Made by a program: the position numbers and the translations under genes. From contig DATNEW010000035.1 in assembly GCA_035606695.1 (NCBI GenBank), forward strand, positions 52,487 to 116,486: a stretch of 64,000 bases of DNA, given 5' to 3'. Under the pieces are notes generated by a model. It was not told where the DNA came from. It saw nothing but the letters and a program-made list of their open reading frames with translations, and did not search any database. This DNA comes from Gemmatimonadaceae bacterium. GTDB lineage: Bacteria; Gemmatimonadota; Gemmatimonadetes; Gemmatimonadales; Gemmatimonadaceae. Within the stretch, counting starts at the first letter, position 1. Each line of letters begins with the position of its first letter. This document shows, in pieces, positions 1-8,386 of the stretch.

Positions 1-496
1 ACTGCAGGAAGTAGTTCCGGGCGAATGCGGCGCCGAGCACAGCGCAATACACGATGAGGTCGCCGACGAATTCCCCGCGGAAGATGACGGCGTACCAGCT
101 GAACCGCCCGCCTGGTCCAACGGCGACGCCCGGCGGCCGCGGCAATAAGCGACCTCGAGCGATGAACAGTAACAGGCTGACGGCCACAGCCACGGCGAGT
201 CCGAGCAGGATCAACAGCACGCCGCGTAGCGGGCGCGGCATCTGGCTCACACTCATCCGATTGACGAGCCCGACCAGCGGAAACGTCACCGCGGCCCACA
301 CCGAGTACTCGATGAACGCCAGCGAGATCAGTGCGGCGCTGATGTCCGGACGCAGTTCCGGTATGCGCGGATCGAGCAGCCGGCCCGTCGCCGTGAGTGC
401 GGCGAGGAACGCCCAAAACAACACAATCCCGAGAATCTCACCCGGCCTCAGCCGGAAGATTCCACGGCTCAGCTGCTCGTCGCGCTGTTCAAGCAT
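1..496 (-). CDS. Partial multi-pass membrane protein (5' part only, continues beyond window start); possibly the membrane domain of a LytS/YehU-type sensor kinase
   Basis: My own minus-strand translation from ATG at 496: MLEQRDEQLSRGIFRLRPGEILGIVLFWAFLAALTATGRLL...GVLLILLGLAVAVAVSLLLFIARG...DLIVYCAVLGAAFARNYFLQ. It is open to the window edge with several hydrophobic helices. It is absent from the ORF track because the stop lies outside the window. The functional guess is weak. Confidence 0.45.
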   Translation of the reverse strand, partial: MLEQRDEQLSRGIFRLRPGEILGIVLFWAFLAALTATGRLLDPRIPELRPDISAALISLAFIEYSVWAAVTFPLVGLVNRMSVSQMPRPLRGVLLILLGLAVAVAVSLLLFIARGRLLPRPPGVAVGPGGRFSWYAVIFRGEFVGDLIVYCAVLGAAFARNYFLQ

Positions 497-591
497 TTCG
501 TGACACGGAAGTGCCGTTGGTGACAAAGCATGGAGCAACGCTCCTCGGCCGGCGTCTCACATACGACAACACGGACAACGACGAGGCCCAC

Positions 592-1896
592 ATGAACAAG
601 ATCAAGTTTACAGCCGCAACCGTAGCCGTCGCGATGCTCGGTGGAACTGCCTGGTTCTACAGTCGCGCTGAAGGCAAAACGCCCGCGGCGTATCGTACCG
701 CCCCCATCACGCGTGCCACGCTCAAGTCAACCGTGTCCGCGACGGGTACCCTGAACGCGGTACAGACGGTTCACGTCGGTACGCAGGTATCGGGGCAGGT
801 GTCCCAGGTATACGTCGACTTCAATGACAAGGTAAAGAAGGGCCAGCTTCTCGCGCGCATCGATCCGACGCTGCAGCAGCAGGCCGTGCAGGACGCGCAG
901 GCGCAGCTCGAGAAGGCGCAGGCGCAGCTGACGCAGGCGCAGGACGACTTTACGCGCGAGAAGCAGCTCTTCGACGCGAAGGTGATCACCGCGCAGGAGT
1001 TCAGCACCACGCAGTCGACGTTTTCGGTGCAGCAGGCGGCGGTCAAGTCGGCGCAGATCGCGCTGGATCGCGCGAAACAGAATCTGTCGTACACGGACAT
1101 CTATGCTCCGATCGACGGCGTCATCGTCGAGCGCGACGTGGACGTTGGCCAGACGGTGGCCGCGAGTCTCTCGGCGCCGCAGCTCTTTCTGATCGCCAAC
1201 GACCTGTCCGAGATGCAGATCCTCGCGTCGGTCGACGAAAGCGACATCGGCCAGATCAAGGAAGGTCAAGCGGTGAGCTTCACGGTGCAGTCATATCCGA
1301 ATCAGCAATTTCAGGGAACGGTCAAGCAGGTGCGTTTGCAGTCGACCACGACCGACAACGTGGTGAATTACACCGCGGTCATCAGCGTCGCGAACACGAC
1401 CGGCAAGCTGTTGCCCGGCATGACTGCGACCGTGCAGTTCGTGACGGGGACGGCCGACAGCGTCCTCACTGTTCCGAGCGCGGCACTGCGCGTGAAGGCG
1501 ACGCCGGAGATGCTCGCGCAGTCCGGCACGGCTTCCGATTCGACGGCGACCAAGCCCGACTCGGCGCAGCGTGCGCAGTGGCAGCAGCGTGCGAAGCAGA
1601 ATGGGGGCGCGCGTCCATCGGGTGCGGGTGGTGGTGCCGCGAGAACCGGTACGCGTCCCACCGCGGCGACCATCTGGACGGTCGATGCACAAGGCGCGGC
1701 GCATCCGGTTCGGGTTCGCGTCGGAATGACGGACGGTGTGCGGACGCAGGTCACGGGCAAGAGTCTCGCCGAAGGCGAGCAGGTGATTACGGCCATCGGC
1801 GAAGCGGGGACGACGACCGCGCCGGCGGCGCCAGCAGCGACGAGCAATCCGTTCCAGCCGAGCCGCCCTTCGATGGGTGGCGGACGCCGGGGCTAA
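592..1896 (+). CDS. macA: Efflux transporter periplasmic adaptor subunit (HlyD/MacA family)
   Basis: ORF 397..1896 trimmed to ATG 592 (MNKIKFTAATVAVAMLGG anchor). It has a long Q/A-rich coiled coil (AQAQLEKAQAQLTQAQDD) flanked by barrel-sandwich segments. An ABC ATPase and an FtsX-type permease follow directly. Confidence 0.85.
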   Translation: MNKIKFTAATVAVAMLGGTAWFYSRAEGKTPAAYRTAPITRATLKSTVSATGTLNAVQTVHVGTQVSGQVSQVYVDFNDKVKKGQLLARIDPTLQQQAVQDAQAQLEKAQAQLTQAQDDFTREKQLFDAKVITAQEFSTTQSTFSVQQAAVKSAQIALDRAKQNLSYTDIYAPIDGVIVERDVDVGQTVAASLSAPQLFLIANDLSEMQILASVDESDIGQIKEGQAVSFTVQSYPNQQFQGTVKQVRLQSTTTDNVVNYTAVISVANTTGKLLPGMTATVQFVTGTADSVLTVPSAALRVKATPEMLAQSGTASDSTATKPDSAQRAQWQQRAKQNGGARPSGAGGGAARTGTRPTAATIWTVDAQGAAHPVRVRVGMTDGVRTQVTGKSLAEGEQVITAIGEAGTTTAPAAPAATSNPFQPSRPSMGGGRRG

Positions 1897-1909
1897 GGAG
1901 ATGACGATC

Positions 1910-2713
1910 ATGACGAACGACAAGGGCAACGCACCAGTCATTCACATCTCGGGCGTGAAGAAGATCTACACCATGGGCGCGAACAAAGTGTTCGCGCTCC
2001 GCGGAGTCGATCTCACCGTGGAGCGGGGCGAGATGGTCGCGATCATGGGCACCTCGGGCTCGGGCAAGTCGACGCTCATGAACATCCTCGGCTGTCTCGA
2101 CCTGCCGACCGAAGGCAGCTACGCGCTCGACGGCACGCAGGTGGAGGGGTTGAGCAAGAACGCGCTCGCCGACCTTCGCAATCAGAAGCTCGGCTTCGTG
2201 TTTCAGGGTTTCAATCTGCTGTCGCGCACGACGGCGCTCGAGAACGTCGAGCTGCCGTTGCTCTACGACCGCAGCGGACGGAAGCTGGACACCAAGCAAC
2301 TCGCTGCCGATTCGCTGCGCCGGGTGGGGCTCGGCGAACGGCTGGATCACCAGCCGAGCGAGCTGTCGGGCGGCCAGCAGCAGCGCGTGGCGATTGCCCG
2401 GGCGCTCGTCACGCGTCCGACGCTGCTCCTGGCGGACGAGCCGACGGGCAACCTCGACAGCCGCATGACCGTCGAAGTGATGGCGCTGTTTCAAGAGTTG
2501 AATGAGCAGGGTATTACAATCGTTCTCGTGACGCACGAGCCCGACGTGGCGGCGTATGCCAAACGGATCGTGGAAGTGCGCGACGGGCGAATCATTCGCG
2601 ATCACGCGGTGGCCAACCGCCGGCGCGCGGCCGACGATCTCGCGGCGCTCGACGCCGCGCCGCTCGGCGACCAAGTCACCGGCCTGGCCGCCGGTCTCGA
2701 GGAGGCAGCATGA
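1910..2713 (+). CDS. MacB-type ABC transporter ATP-binding protein
   Basis: Walker [10 protein letters not shown], signature [15 protein letters not shown], Walker [16 protein letters not shown] 1910 lies 9 nt after AGGAG (1896-1900). Alternative starts are ATG 1901 and GTG 1877. Confidence 0.9.
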   Translation: MTNDKGNAPVIHISGVKKIYTMGANKVFALRGVDLTVERGEMVAIMGTSGSGKSTLMNILGCLDLPTEGSYALDGTQVEGLSKNALADLRNQKLGFVFQGFNLLSRTTALENVELPLLYDRSGRKLDTKQLAADSLRRVGLGERLDHQPSELSGGQQQRVAIARALVTRPTLLLADEPTGNLDSRMTVEVMALFQELNEQGITIVLVTHEPDVAAYAKRIVEVRDGRIIRDHAVANRRRAADDLAALDAAPLGDQVTGLAAGLEEAA

Positions 2714-3927
2714 AACAGGGAACATTGTTGCGCGTCGCGTCCGCCAGCATCCTCAAGAACAAGATGCGGACGCTCCTCACGATGCTCGGCATCGTGATCG
2801 GCGTCGGCGCGGTGATCGTGATGGTCGCGATCGGCAACGGCGCGCAGGAACAGATCAAGTCGCAGATCGGCGGGCTCGGAACGAACCTGATCATCGTGAT
2901 GCCTGGCTCCGGCACGCCGGGCGGCGTGAACCAGGGCGCCGGCTCATTCAACAAGCTCACCGTGGACGACGCGGTGAAGATCAAGCAGAACGCGACGCTC
3001 GTGTCGGGTGTGTCGCCGGTCGTGTCGACGAAGGCGCAGGCGATCGCCGGCGGTACGAACTGGCGCACGTCGATCAACGGCGTGTCGACCGACTATACCG
3101 CAATTCGCAGCTGGAATGTGTCGGCCGGCGACTTCTTCACCGACGCCGACGTGCAGTCCTCGCGCAAAGTCGCGGTGCTCGGCGCCACGGTGGTGAAGAA
3201 TCTGTTCGGCGACGGCGCCGATCCGGTGGGCGCGCAGATTCGGATTGGCCAAGTGCCGTTCACGGTGGTGGGCGTGATGGAAGCGAAAGGACAGAACGCG
3301 GTGGGGCAGGACCAGGACGACGTGATTCTCATGCCGTACACGACGGCCCAGACGCGGTTGAGCGGCAACGTGCGCATTGGCCAGATCCTCGCCTCGAGCG
3401 TGACCGCCGACCAGATGAGCGCCGCCCAGGATGAGATCGCGGGCATCATGCGGGATGCGCATCATCTGAATGGTGCGGACGACGACTTCACCGTGCGCAA
3501 TCAGACCGAGATCGCGAACGCGATGAGCGGCACGACGCGCGTGATGTCGGCGCTGCTCGCGGCGATCGCATCGATCTCGCTGCTCGTGGGCGGGATCGGC
3601 ATCATGAACATCATGCTCGTGTCGGTGACGGAGCGGACGCGGGAGATCGGCATTCGCATGGCGATCGGCGCGCGCGGCTCGGACGTGCTGACGCAGTTCC
3701 TGGTGGAAAGCATCGTGATGAGCGTGTTGGGCGGCGTGATTGGATTGGCGACGGGTTTCGCCGGTGCGGCGCTCCTGGCGCACTTCACGGGTTGGGCGAC
3801 GTCCACGCCGCTCTCGGCAGTGGCGGTCGCGGTTGGGTTCTCGGGGGCGGTGGGGGTGTTCTTCGGCTACTACCCGGCGCGAAAGGCGGCCGGTCTCAAT
3901 CCAATACAGGCGTTGCGCTACGAGTAG
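2710..3927 (+). CDS. MacB/FtsX-type ABC transporter permease
   Basis: ATGA overlap with the upstream stop. N-terminal TM helix, large extracytoplasmic domain, and a C-terminal FtsX-like 3-TM bundle (REIGIRMAIGARGSDVLTQFLVES). Confidence 0.85.
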   Translation: MKQGTLLRVASASILKNKMRTLLTMLGIVIGVGAVIVMVAIGNGAQEQIKSQIGGLGTNLIIVMPGSGTPGGVNQGAGSFNKLTVDDAVKIKQNATLVSGVSPVVSTKAQAIAGGTNWRTSINGVSTDYTAIRSWNVSAGDFFTDADVQSSRKVAVLGATVVKNLFGDGADPVGAQIRIGQVPFTVVGVMEAKGQNAVGQDQDDVILMPYTTAQTRLSGNVRIGQILASSVTADQMSAAQDEIAGIMRDAHHLNGADDDFTVRNQTEIANAMSGTTRVMSALLAAIASISLLVGGIGIMNIMLVSVTERTREIGIRMAIGARGSDVLTQFLVESIVMSVLGGVIGLATGFAGAALLAHFTGWATSTPLSAVAVAVGFSGAVGVFFGYYPARKAAGLNPIQALRYE

Positions 3928-3931
3928 AAAC

Positions 3932-4093
3932 GCGGAATTCCACGCATGCATAAGCGCAGAATTCCGAGCGGAGGAGCGGAGCGCCGCAGTAACTATCTCG
4001 GCGGAATTCCGAGCGGAGGTGCGAAGCGCCGCAGTAACTATCTCGGCGGAATTCCGAGCGGAGGTGCGAAGCGCCGAAGCGAGGAACAATCTC
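3932..4093. repeat. Tandem array of a REP-like element: partial copy, then three 45-bp units (3956-4000, 4001-4045, 4046-~4093)
   Basis: Direct reading shows GCGGAATTCCGAGCGGAGGTGCGAAGCGCCGCAGTAACTATCTCG repeated head-to-tail. The core contains the 10-bp palindrome CGGAATTCCG. The same core recurs at 34401-34512, 52435-52476, 56214-56254 and 60487-60527. Confidence 0.9.
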
Positions 4094-4139
4094 CGGCACA
4101 ACAGCACAACGCCTTGCATTCATAAATGAGGACAGTGAC

Positions 4140-5492
4140 ATGTCACTATTTCGTAATATCAGTCTGCTGACGCTCGCCGCGGGGTTGGCCGCCCCGCTGG
4201 CGGCGCAGCACGCGCCATCCGGGAAATCCATCACGCTCGACGACGCCATGGCGATCGCGCTCAAGCAGAACGTCGCCGTGCAGCAGGCCGAGAATACCGT
4301 GGAGCTGAACGACGCGACGGTGCGGCAGCAGAAGATGCAATTGCTGCCCAACCTGAGCCTCAACGTCAGCGGCGCCAACAATCTCGGCCACACGTTCGAT
4401 CAAGCGACGGGTGACTTGAGCACCCAGACGACGCAGTCGATGAACACCGGCCTCTCGAGCAGCGTCACGCTGTTCGACGGCGGAAAGACGCAGGCGTCGA
4501 TTCGCGCCGCGCAAGCGAATCAGCAGGCGAGCGCGAGCGACCTCGCGCGCTCGAAGCAGACGGCGGTGTTCACGGTCGCGACGGATTTCGTCGCGCTGGC
4601 GAACCAGCAGCAGCAGCTCGCCGTGCAGGATCAGAATCTGACCACGCAGCAGGCGCAGCAGGATCTCATTCAGAAATTCGTGGACGCCGGTTCGCGTCCG
4701 CTGTCCGATTTGTATCAACAGCAGGCGGCGGTCGCGAGCGCGAAGCTCGCCGTGGCGCAGGCGCGTCGCGCGGTGGAGTTGGCGAAGATCGACCTCATTC
4801 AGGCGCTGCAGCTCGATCCCGCGGGAGCCTACGACTTTGTCGCGCCAAAACTCGGCGCCGTTGATACGACGAAGACGTTCAATCTCGACAGCCTGGTGGC
4901 GCGCGCCTACGCGCATCGTTCCGATCTCAAAGCGAATGCGTCGCGCGTCGACGCGGCGGCTCAGGACGCGAAGGCCGCGAAGGCGGGACACTTGCCGACC
5001 ATCTCGGTGACGGGCGGCTACAACAGCGCGTACAGCAGCGCCGCGGATCTGTCGCTGGCGAGTCAGTTGAACCAGCGGAGCGGCGGCTCGATCGGCGTCG
5101 GCATCTCCGTGCCGCTCTTCGATCGAGGCGCGACCGCGATCGCCGAGCAGAAGGCGCAGATCGCCGCGGAAAATGCGAAGTTGTCGCTGGACAGCGAACG
5201 CCAGGCGGTGGCGCTCGACGTCAGGAAGGCGTACCTCGATCTGACGTCCGCGCGCGAGCAGCTTGCGGCGGCGCAGGCGCAGGAGACGGCAGCGAGCCAG
5301 GCCGCGGACATGACGGAGAAGCGGTACGAGGCCGGCGCGGCAACGCTGGTCGAAGTGACGCAGGCGCGCACCTCGGAAGTGCAGGCGGCGACGGCGGTGA
5401 CCAATGCGCGGAACAACCTGATCCTGCAGCAGACCGTGTTGTCGTACTACACGGGGGAAATGGATCCGGCGCACGTGACACTGGGTCAGTGA
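4140..5492 (+). CDS. tolC: TolC-family outer membrane efflux protein
   Basis: Signal peptide MSLFRNISLLTLAAGLAAPLAAQ. Two internal OEP-type repeats rich in A/Q coiled-coil segments. GAGGA lies 7 nt upstream of the ATG. Sits downstream of the adaptor/ABC genes. Confidence 0.8.
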   Translation: MSLFRNISLLTLAAGLAAPLAAQHAPSGKSITLDDAMAIALKQNVAVQQAENTVELNDATVRQQKMQLLPNLSLNVSGANNLGHTFDQATGDLSTQTTQSMNTGLSSSVTLFDGGKTQASIRAAQANQQASASDLARSKQTAVFTVATDFVALANQQQQLAVQDQNLTTQQAQQDLIQKFVDAGSRPLSDLYQQQAAVASAKLAVAQARRAVELAKIDLIQALQLDPAGAYDFVAPKLGAVDTTKTFNLDSLVARAYAHRSDLKANASRVDAAAQDAKAAKAGHLPTISVTGGYNSAYSSAADLSLASQLNQRSGGSIGVGISVPLFDRGATAIAEQKAQIAAENAKLSLDSERQAVALDVRKAYLDLTSAREQLAAAQAQETAASQAADMTEKRYEAGAATLVEVTQARTSEVQAATAVTNARNNLILQQTVLSYYTGEMDPAHVTLGQ

Positions 5493-5649
5493 ACGGACCA
5501 GCGGCCGGTGGTGAGCGGCTGCGAACGGCAGCGATCGTGCAAGCTCAATGGCGTAAGCCGTGGCCAACTCGCATCTTGGCCGCGGCTTCGCTATTTTAAC
5601 AGGCTGCGAATGGATCGTACTACCGGGGACCAATTCGGCAGTCGTTGTC

Positions 5650-5723
5650 GCCCCTGTAGCTCAGATGGATAGAGCAGCGGTTTCCTAAACCGTTGGTCGC
5701 GTGTTCGACTCACGCCAGGGGCA
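5650..5723 (+). tRNA. tRNA-Arg (anticodon CCT)
   Basis: Hand-folded cloverleaf. Acceptor GCCCCTG/CAGGGGC, D-arm TAGCTCAGATGGATAGAGCA, anticodon loop TTCCTAA (U33, CCT, A37), T-arm GTGTTCGACTCAC, discriminator A. CCA is not encoded. Confidence 0.85.
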
Positions 5724-5770
5724 TTCCAGAGCATTCCAGAGCATTCCAGAGCATTGCAGAGCATTGCAGG
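5721..5770. repeat. 10-bp tandem repeat, 5 units (GCATTCCAGA x3, GCATTGCAGA, GCATTGCAGG), overlapping the tRNA 3' end
   Basis: Read directly from the sequence; the first unit begins with the last 3 nt of the tRNA. Confidence 0.9.
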
Positions 5771-5824
5771 GGCACATTCAGCGGCAGGCCTTTCAACCGA
5801 ACCACCATTCTCGTAGCTAGCCAC

Positions 5825-6511
5825 ATGACCAGCGTACGCACCGAACCGAACCGGACCGATACCGAACGCGCAACAGCGGCCGACCATGCCCAGACGTTCC
5901 TGGACTGGACGCGGATCAACTCGAAGTACCTGACGGCGGGCGCGGTCGTGGTCGTCATCGCGGCGGCCGGTTTCTGGTTCTACCAGCGCCAGGCACAGGT
6001 CACCGCCGCCAACGCGGCCAGAGCCCTCATGAACGCCAAGCAGTCGTTGAGCGCGGGGAATCCCCAACTGGCGCAGAGCGACCTGCAAACGGTCTACACG
6101 CGCTATGGCTCGACGTCCTCGGGCGTCGAGGCGGCGATGCTGCTGGCCCAGCTGAATTTCGACGGGGGCAAGCCTCAGGACGGCATCTCGACGCTCCAGA
6201 AGGTCGAGGGCTCGCGGGCGGCATCGGCGATGGCTGCGACGATCCTGAGCCTCGAGGGCGACGGGTATGCGCAGGAAGGCAAGCTGGCGGATGCGGCCAA
6301 GCACTACGAGTCCGCGGCAGATGCGACCGGGTTCGAGACCGAGAAAGCGTTCTACAAGGCCAAGGCGGCGCGGACCTATCAGTCGGCCGGCGACACGACG
6401 AAGGCACGCCAGATCTGGTCGGCGCTGGCCGATGATCCGAAGGCGCAGTCGATGTCTGCCGAGGCGCGGGTGCGGCTGGGAGAGCTGACGGTGTCGACGG
6501 CGAAGAAGTAG
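5825..6511 (+). CDS. Membrane-anchored TPR-like protein (YfgM-like)
   Basis: ORF 5693..6511 trimmed to ATG 5825. Single TM helix (YLTAGAVVVVIAAAGFWFY) followed by A/L/Q-rich helical repeats, the same architecture as YfgM-type proteins. Confidence 0.55.
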   Translation: MTSVRTEPNRTDTERATAADHAQTFLDWTRINSKYLTAGAVVVVIAAAGFWFYQRQAQVTAANAARALMNAKQSLSAGNPQLAQSDLQTVYTRYGSTSSGVEAAMLLAQLNFDGGKPQDGISTLQKVEGSRAASAMAATILSLEGDGYAQEGKLADAAKHYESAADATGFETEKAFYKAKAARTYQSAGDTTKARQIWSALADDPKAQSMSAEARVRLGELTVSTAKK

Positions 6512-6576
6512 TTCGGGGGTGGTCGGCGGAGCTCGTTGTCGAGTGGTCGGTCGACAAGCGCAGTAGCGAACCATCA

Positions 6577-6606
6577 AGGCGCCAGCATCAGTTGGCGCCT
6601 TTCTGT
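6577..6606 (+). terminator. Putative intrinsic terminator of the TPR-like gene
   Basis: Stem AGGCGCCA (6577-6584) pairs with TGGCGCCT (6593-6600), 8-nt loop, then TTCT. The T-tract is short. Confidence 0.5.
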
Positions 6607-6612
6607 CGCCAA

Positions 6613-6641
6613 TTGAGATTAGTTCGTATAAGATGTATTAT
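6613..6641 (+). promoter_or_regulatory. Sigma-70-like promoter motif, TTGAGA-17 nt-TATTAT, in an AT-rich island
   Basis: TTGAGA at 6613-6618, a 17-nt spacer, TATTAT at 6636-6641. No annotated plus-strand gene lies downstream. Promoter rules for this lineage are unknown. Confidence 0.25.
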
Positions 6642-6654
6642 GTAAACTACAACC

Positions 6655-6688
6655 GGGGAAAGAATGTGGAGAACTCAGTTCTCCACAG
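6655..6688 (-). terminator. Putative terminator hairpin downstream of dapF
   Basis: Perfect 10-bp stem TGTGGAGAAC (6666-6675) / GTTCTCCACA (6679-6688) with a 3-nt loop. On the minus strand it is followed by ATTCTTTCCCC. Confidence 0.45.
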
Positions 6689-6750
6689 CCCCACCAGCCC
6701 CACCAAATCAGTCCAGCTCATCGTAAACCACGACGCTACCACGATTTGAC

Positions 6751-7584
6751 CTACACCTCCGCAAGCATTCCCTCAAACACCACACGCCCCTCGCCCGCCA
6801 AACTCGGCACCCAACCGCCAAGAGATTCCGTCAACGTCACCCGCAACAGCTTTCCGGATCGTGTCTCGATCTCCACGGGGCGATCCCGGACAGCCTCGCC
6901 CCAAACCGTCAACAGAATCGCCGTCGCCACCGCTCCGCTTCCACACGCCAACGTCTCGGCCTCGACCCCGCGCTCGTATGTCCGGTACCGCCAGCGACCG
7001 TCTGATTCATGGGATACGAAGTTGACGTTCGCGCCGTGATCCTTCATCGCCGGATGCGACCGCAACGGCCTGCCCCGGCCAACCACGTCCACGGTCGACA
7101 CGTCGTTGCAGCGAATGACCAGATGCGGAACACCCACCATCGCATACCCGAGCCGGCGCTCGCCGGCCTCCGGTGGGATCTCGCCCGACAGATCCGCCTC
7201 GACGTCAGCCACCTTCGGCAAATCAATTTCAGGGAGGCCGTCGTGGATCCGCGCCGCCACCACGCCTGAGTCGGTCTCGATCGACAGTGCCGCCGGGTCG
7301 GCCATCCCCAACTCGGTCGCCAACCGCGTCGTACAGAGCGTGGCGTTGCCGCAGAAGTCGGCCGGTGAACCATCGGCATTGAGATACGTGAGCCGGACAT
7401 CGGCGACCGACGATGGTTCGAGAAAGACGATGCCGTCGGCGCCCACACCCGTGCCGCGGGCACACACGCGCTGAATCACCGACGGCTCCGCGAGCGACCC
7501 CCGCGACTCGGCGCGCGCGTCGATCATCACGAAGTCGTTCCCCGAGCCGCTCATCTTGTAGAACGGCCGGCCGGACGGGATCAT
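6751..7584 (-). CDS. dapF: Diaminopimelate epimerase
   Basis: FYKMSGSGNDFVMID N-terminus and two catalytic Cys contexts (FCGNATLC and ACGSGAVA); 277 aa. Confidence 0.92.
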   Translation of the reverse strand: MIPSGRPFYKMSGSGNDFVMIDARAESRGSLAEPSVIQRVCARGTGVGADGIVFLEPSSVADVRLTYLNADGSPADFCGNATLCTTRLATELGMADPAALSIETDSGVVAARIHDGLPEIDLPKVADVEADLSGEIPPEAGERRLGYAMVGVPHLVIRCNDVSTVDVVGRGRPLRSHPAMKDHGANVNFVSHESDGRWRYRTYERGVEAETLACGSGAVATAILLTVWGEAVRDRPVEIETRSGKLLRVTLTESLGGWVPSLAGEGRVVFEGMLAEV

Positions 7585-7609
7585 GCTTTCCCCTCAGTAG
7601 TTGAGGTGA

Positions 7610-8386
7610 TCAGAGCTGCTTGGTGATCGCCCACCATCTCAAGCGCCAGACCATGCCGATCGCCTCGTACACGATCGACTTGGACATCTTGCTCTGACCC
7701 TCGGTCCGATCCACGAAGACGATCGGAATCTCCACGATCTTGAAGCCTTTCTTCCACGCCCGAAAGCTCATCTCGATCTGGAATGCGTAGCCGTTCGAGA
7801 CAACCTTATTCAAATCAATCGCTTCCAGCACGGAACGGCGAAAGCACTTGAAGCCGCCGGTGCCGTCCCAGATAGGCAAGCCGGTCACACCGCGCGCATA
7901 CACGTTCGCGAAGTAACTGAGCAGCAAACGGCTGATCGGCCAGTTCACGATCGTGACCTTGCCCTCCCGGTAGCGCGAGCCGAGCACCAGATCCGCCCCC
8001 TCGATGGCCCGCAGAAAACCTGGCAAATGCGCGGGGTCGTGGGAGAAATCGGCGTCCATCTCGAACACGAAGTCGTACCCGTGCGCCAGGGCCCAGCGAA
8101 ACCCCGCGATATACGCGGTCCCCAGGCCCATCTTCCGCGGCCGCTCGAGAATGTGAACGCGGTCATTCCCCGCCATGATCGCCTCGACGATCCCCGCGGT
8201 GCCGTCGGGCGAACCGTCGTCCACCACCAGCAACTCGAGCCGAGTGTCCTGGGAGAGCACCGTCTCGATGAGGCGCGCGATGTTTTCGCGTTCGTTGTAC
8301 GTCGGAACTATGACGAGGGCGCGCTCCGGAACGAGCGCGCCCTCGCCTGCATGTTCATTTCGTCCGTCGATGGCGGACTCGGACAT
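7610..8386 (-). CDS. GT2 polyprenol-phosphate mannosyltransferase-like (Ppm1/DPM1-like)
   Basis: [22 protein letters not shown] and DADFSHDP motifs. Soluble GT2 of 258 aa. TAAATG junction with the upstream gene. Confidence 0.8.
   Translation of the reverse strand: MSESAIDGRNEHAGEGALVPERALVIVPTYNERENIARLIETVLSQDTRLELLVVDDGSPDGTAGIVEAIMAGNDRVHILERPRKMGLGTAYIAGFRWALAHGYDFVFEMDADFSHDPAHLPGFLRAIEGADLVLGSRYREGKVTIVNWPISRLLLSYFANVYARGVTGLPIWDGTGGFKCFRRSVLEAIDLNKVVSNGYAFQIEMSFRAWKKGFKIVEIPIVFVDRTEGQSKMSKSIVYEAIGMVWRLRWWAITKQL

Noticed and set aside
3956-4093. Possible CRISPR array (regularly spaced direct repeats)
   Set aside because: There are only three directly abutting 45-bp units with no unique spacers. 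No cas genes are present in the window. The same core occurs singly, in both orientations, at other operon junctions. It behaves like a REP-type element.}
592-5492. MacAB-TolC operon as a dedicated bacteriocin, toxin or lanthipeptide exporter
   Set aside because: There is no precursor peptide, modification enzyme or immunity gene nearby. The only unusual element is the non-coding repeat array.
4146-5633. Long antisense or out-of-frame ORFs. Examples: 54-503 +, 2944-4119 -, 4146-5633 -, 16009-17646 +, 40864-42624 -, 44925-46589 +, 49161-50816 -, 52949-54799 +.
   Set aside because: They have extreme Arg/Pro/Gly/His composition and no recognisable motifs. Each lies opposite or out of frame to a gene with clear family signatures. 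These are the shadow ORFs expected in GC-rich DNA.
5650-5770. tRNA-Arg as an integration site of a genomic island
   Set aside because: No integrase, excisionase or foreign-looking genes are adjacent. The neighbours are tolC and a TPR protein. The adjacent repeat is a 10-bp microsatellite, not a duplicated tRNA 3' segment.
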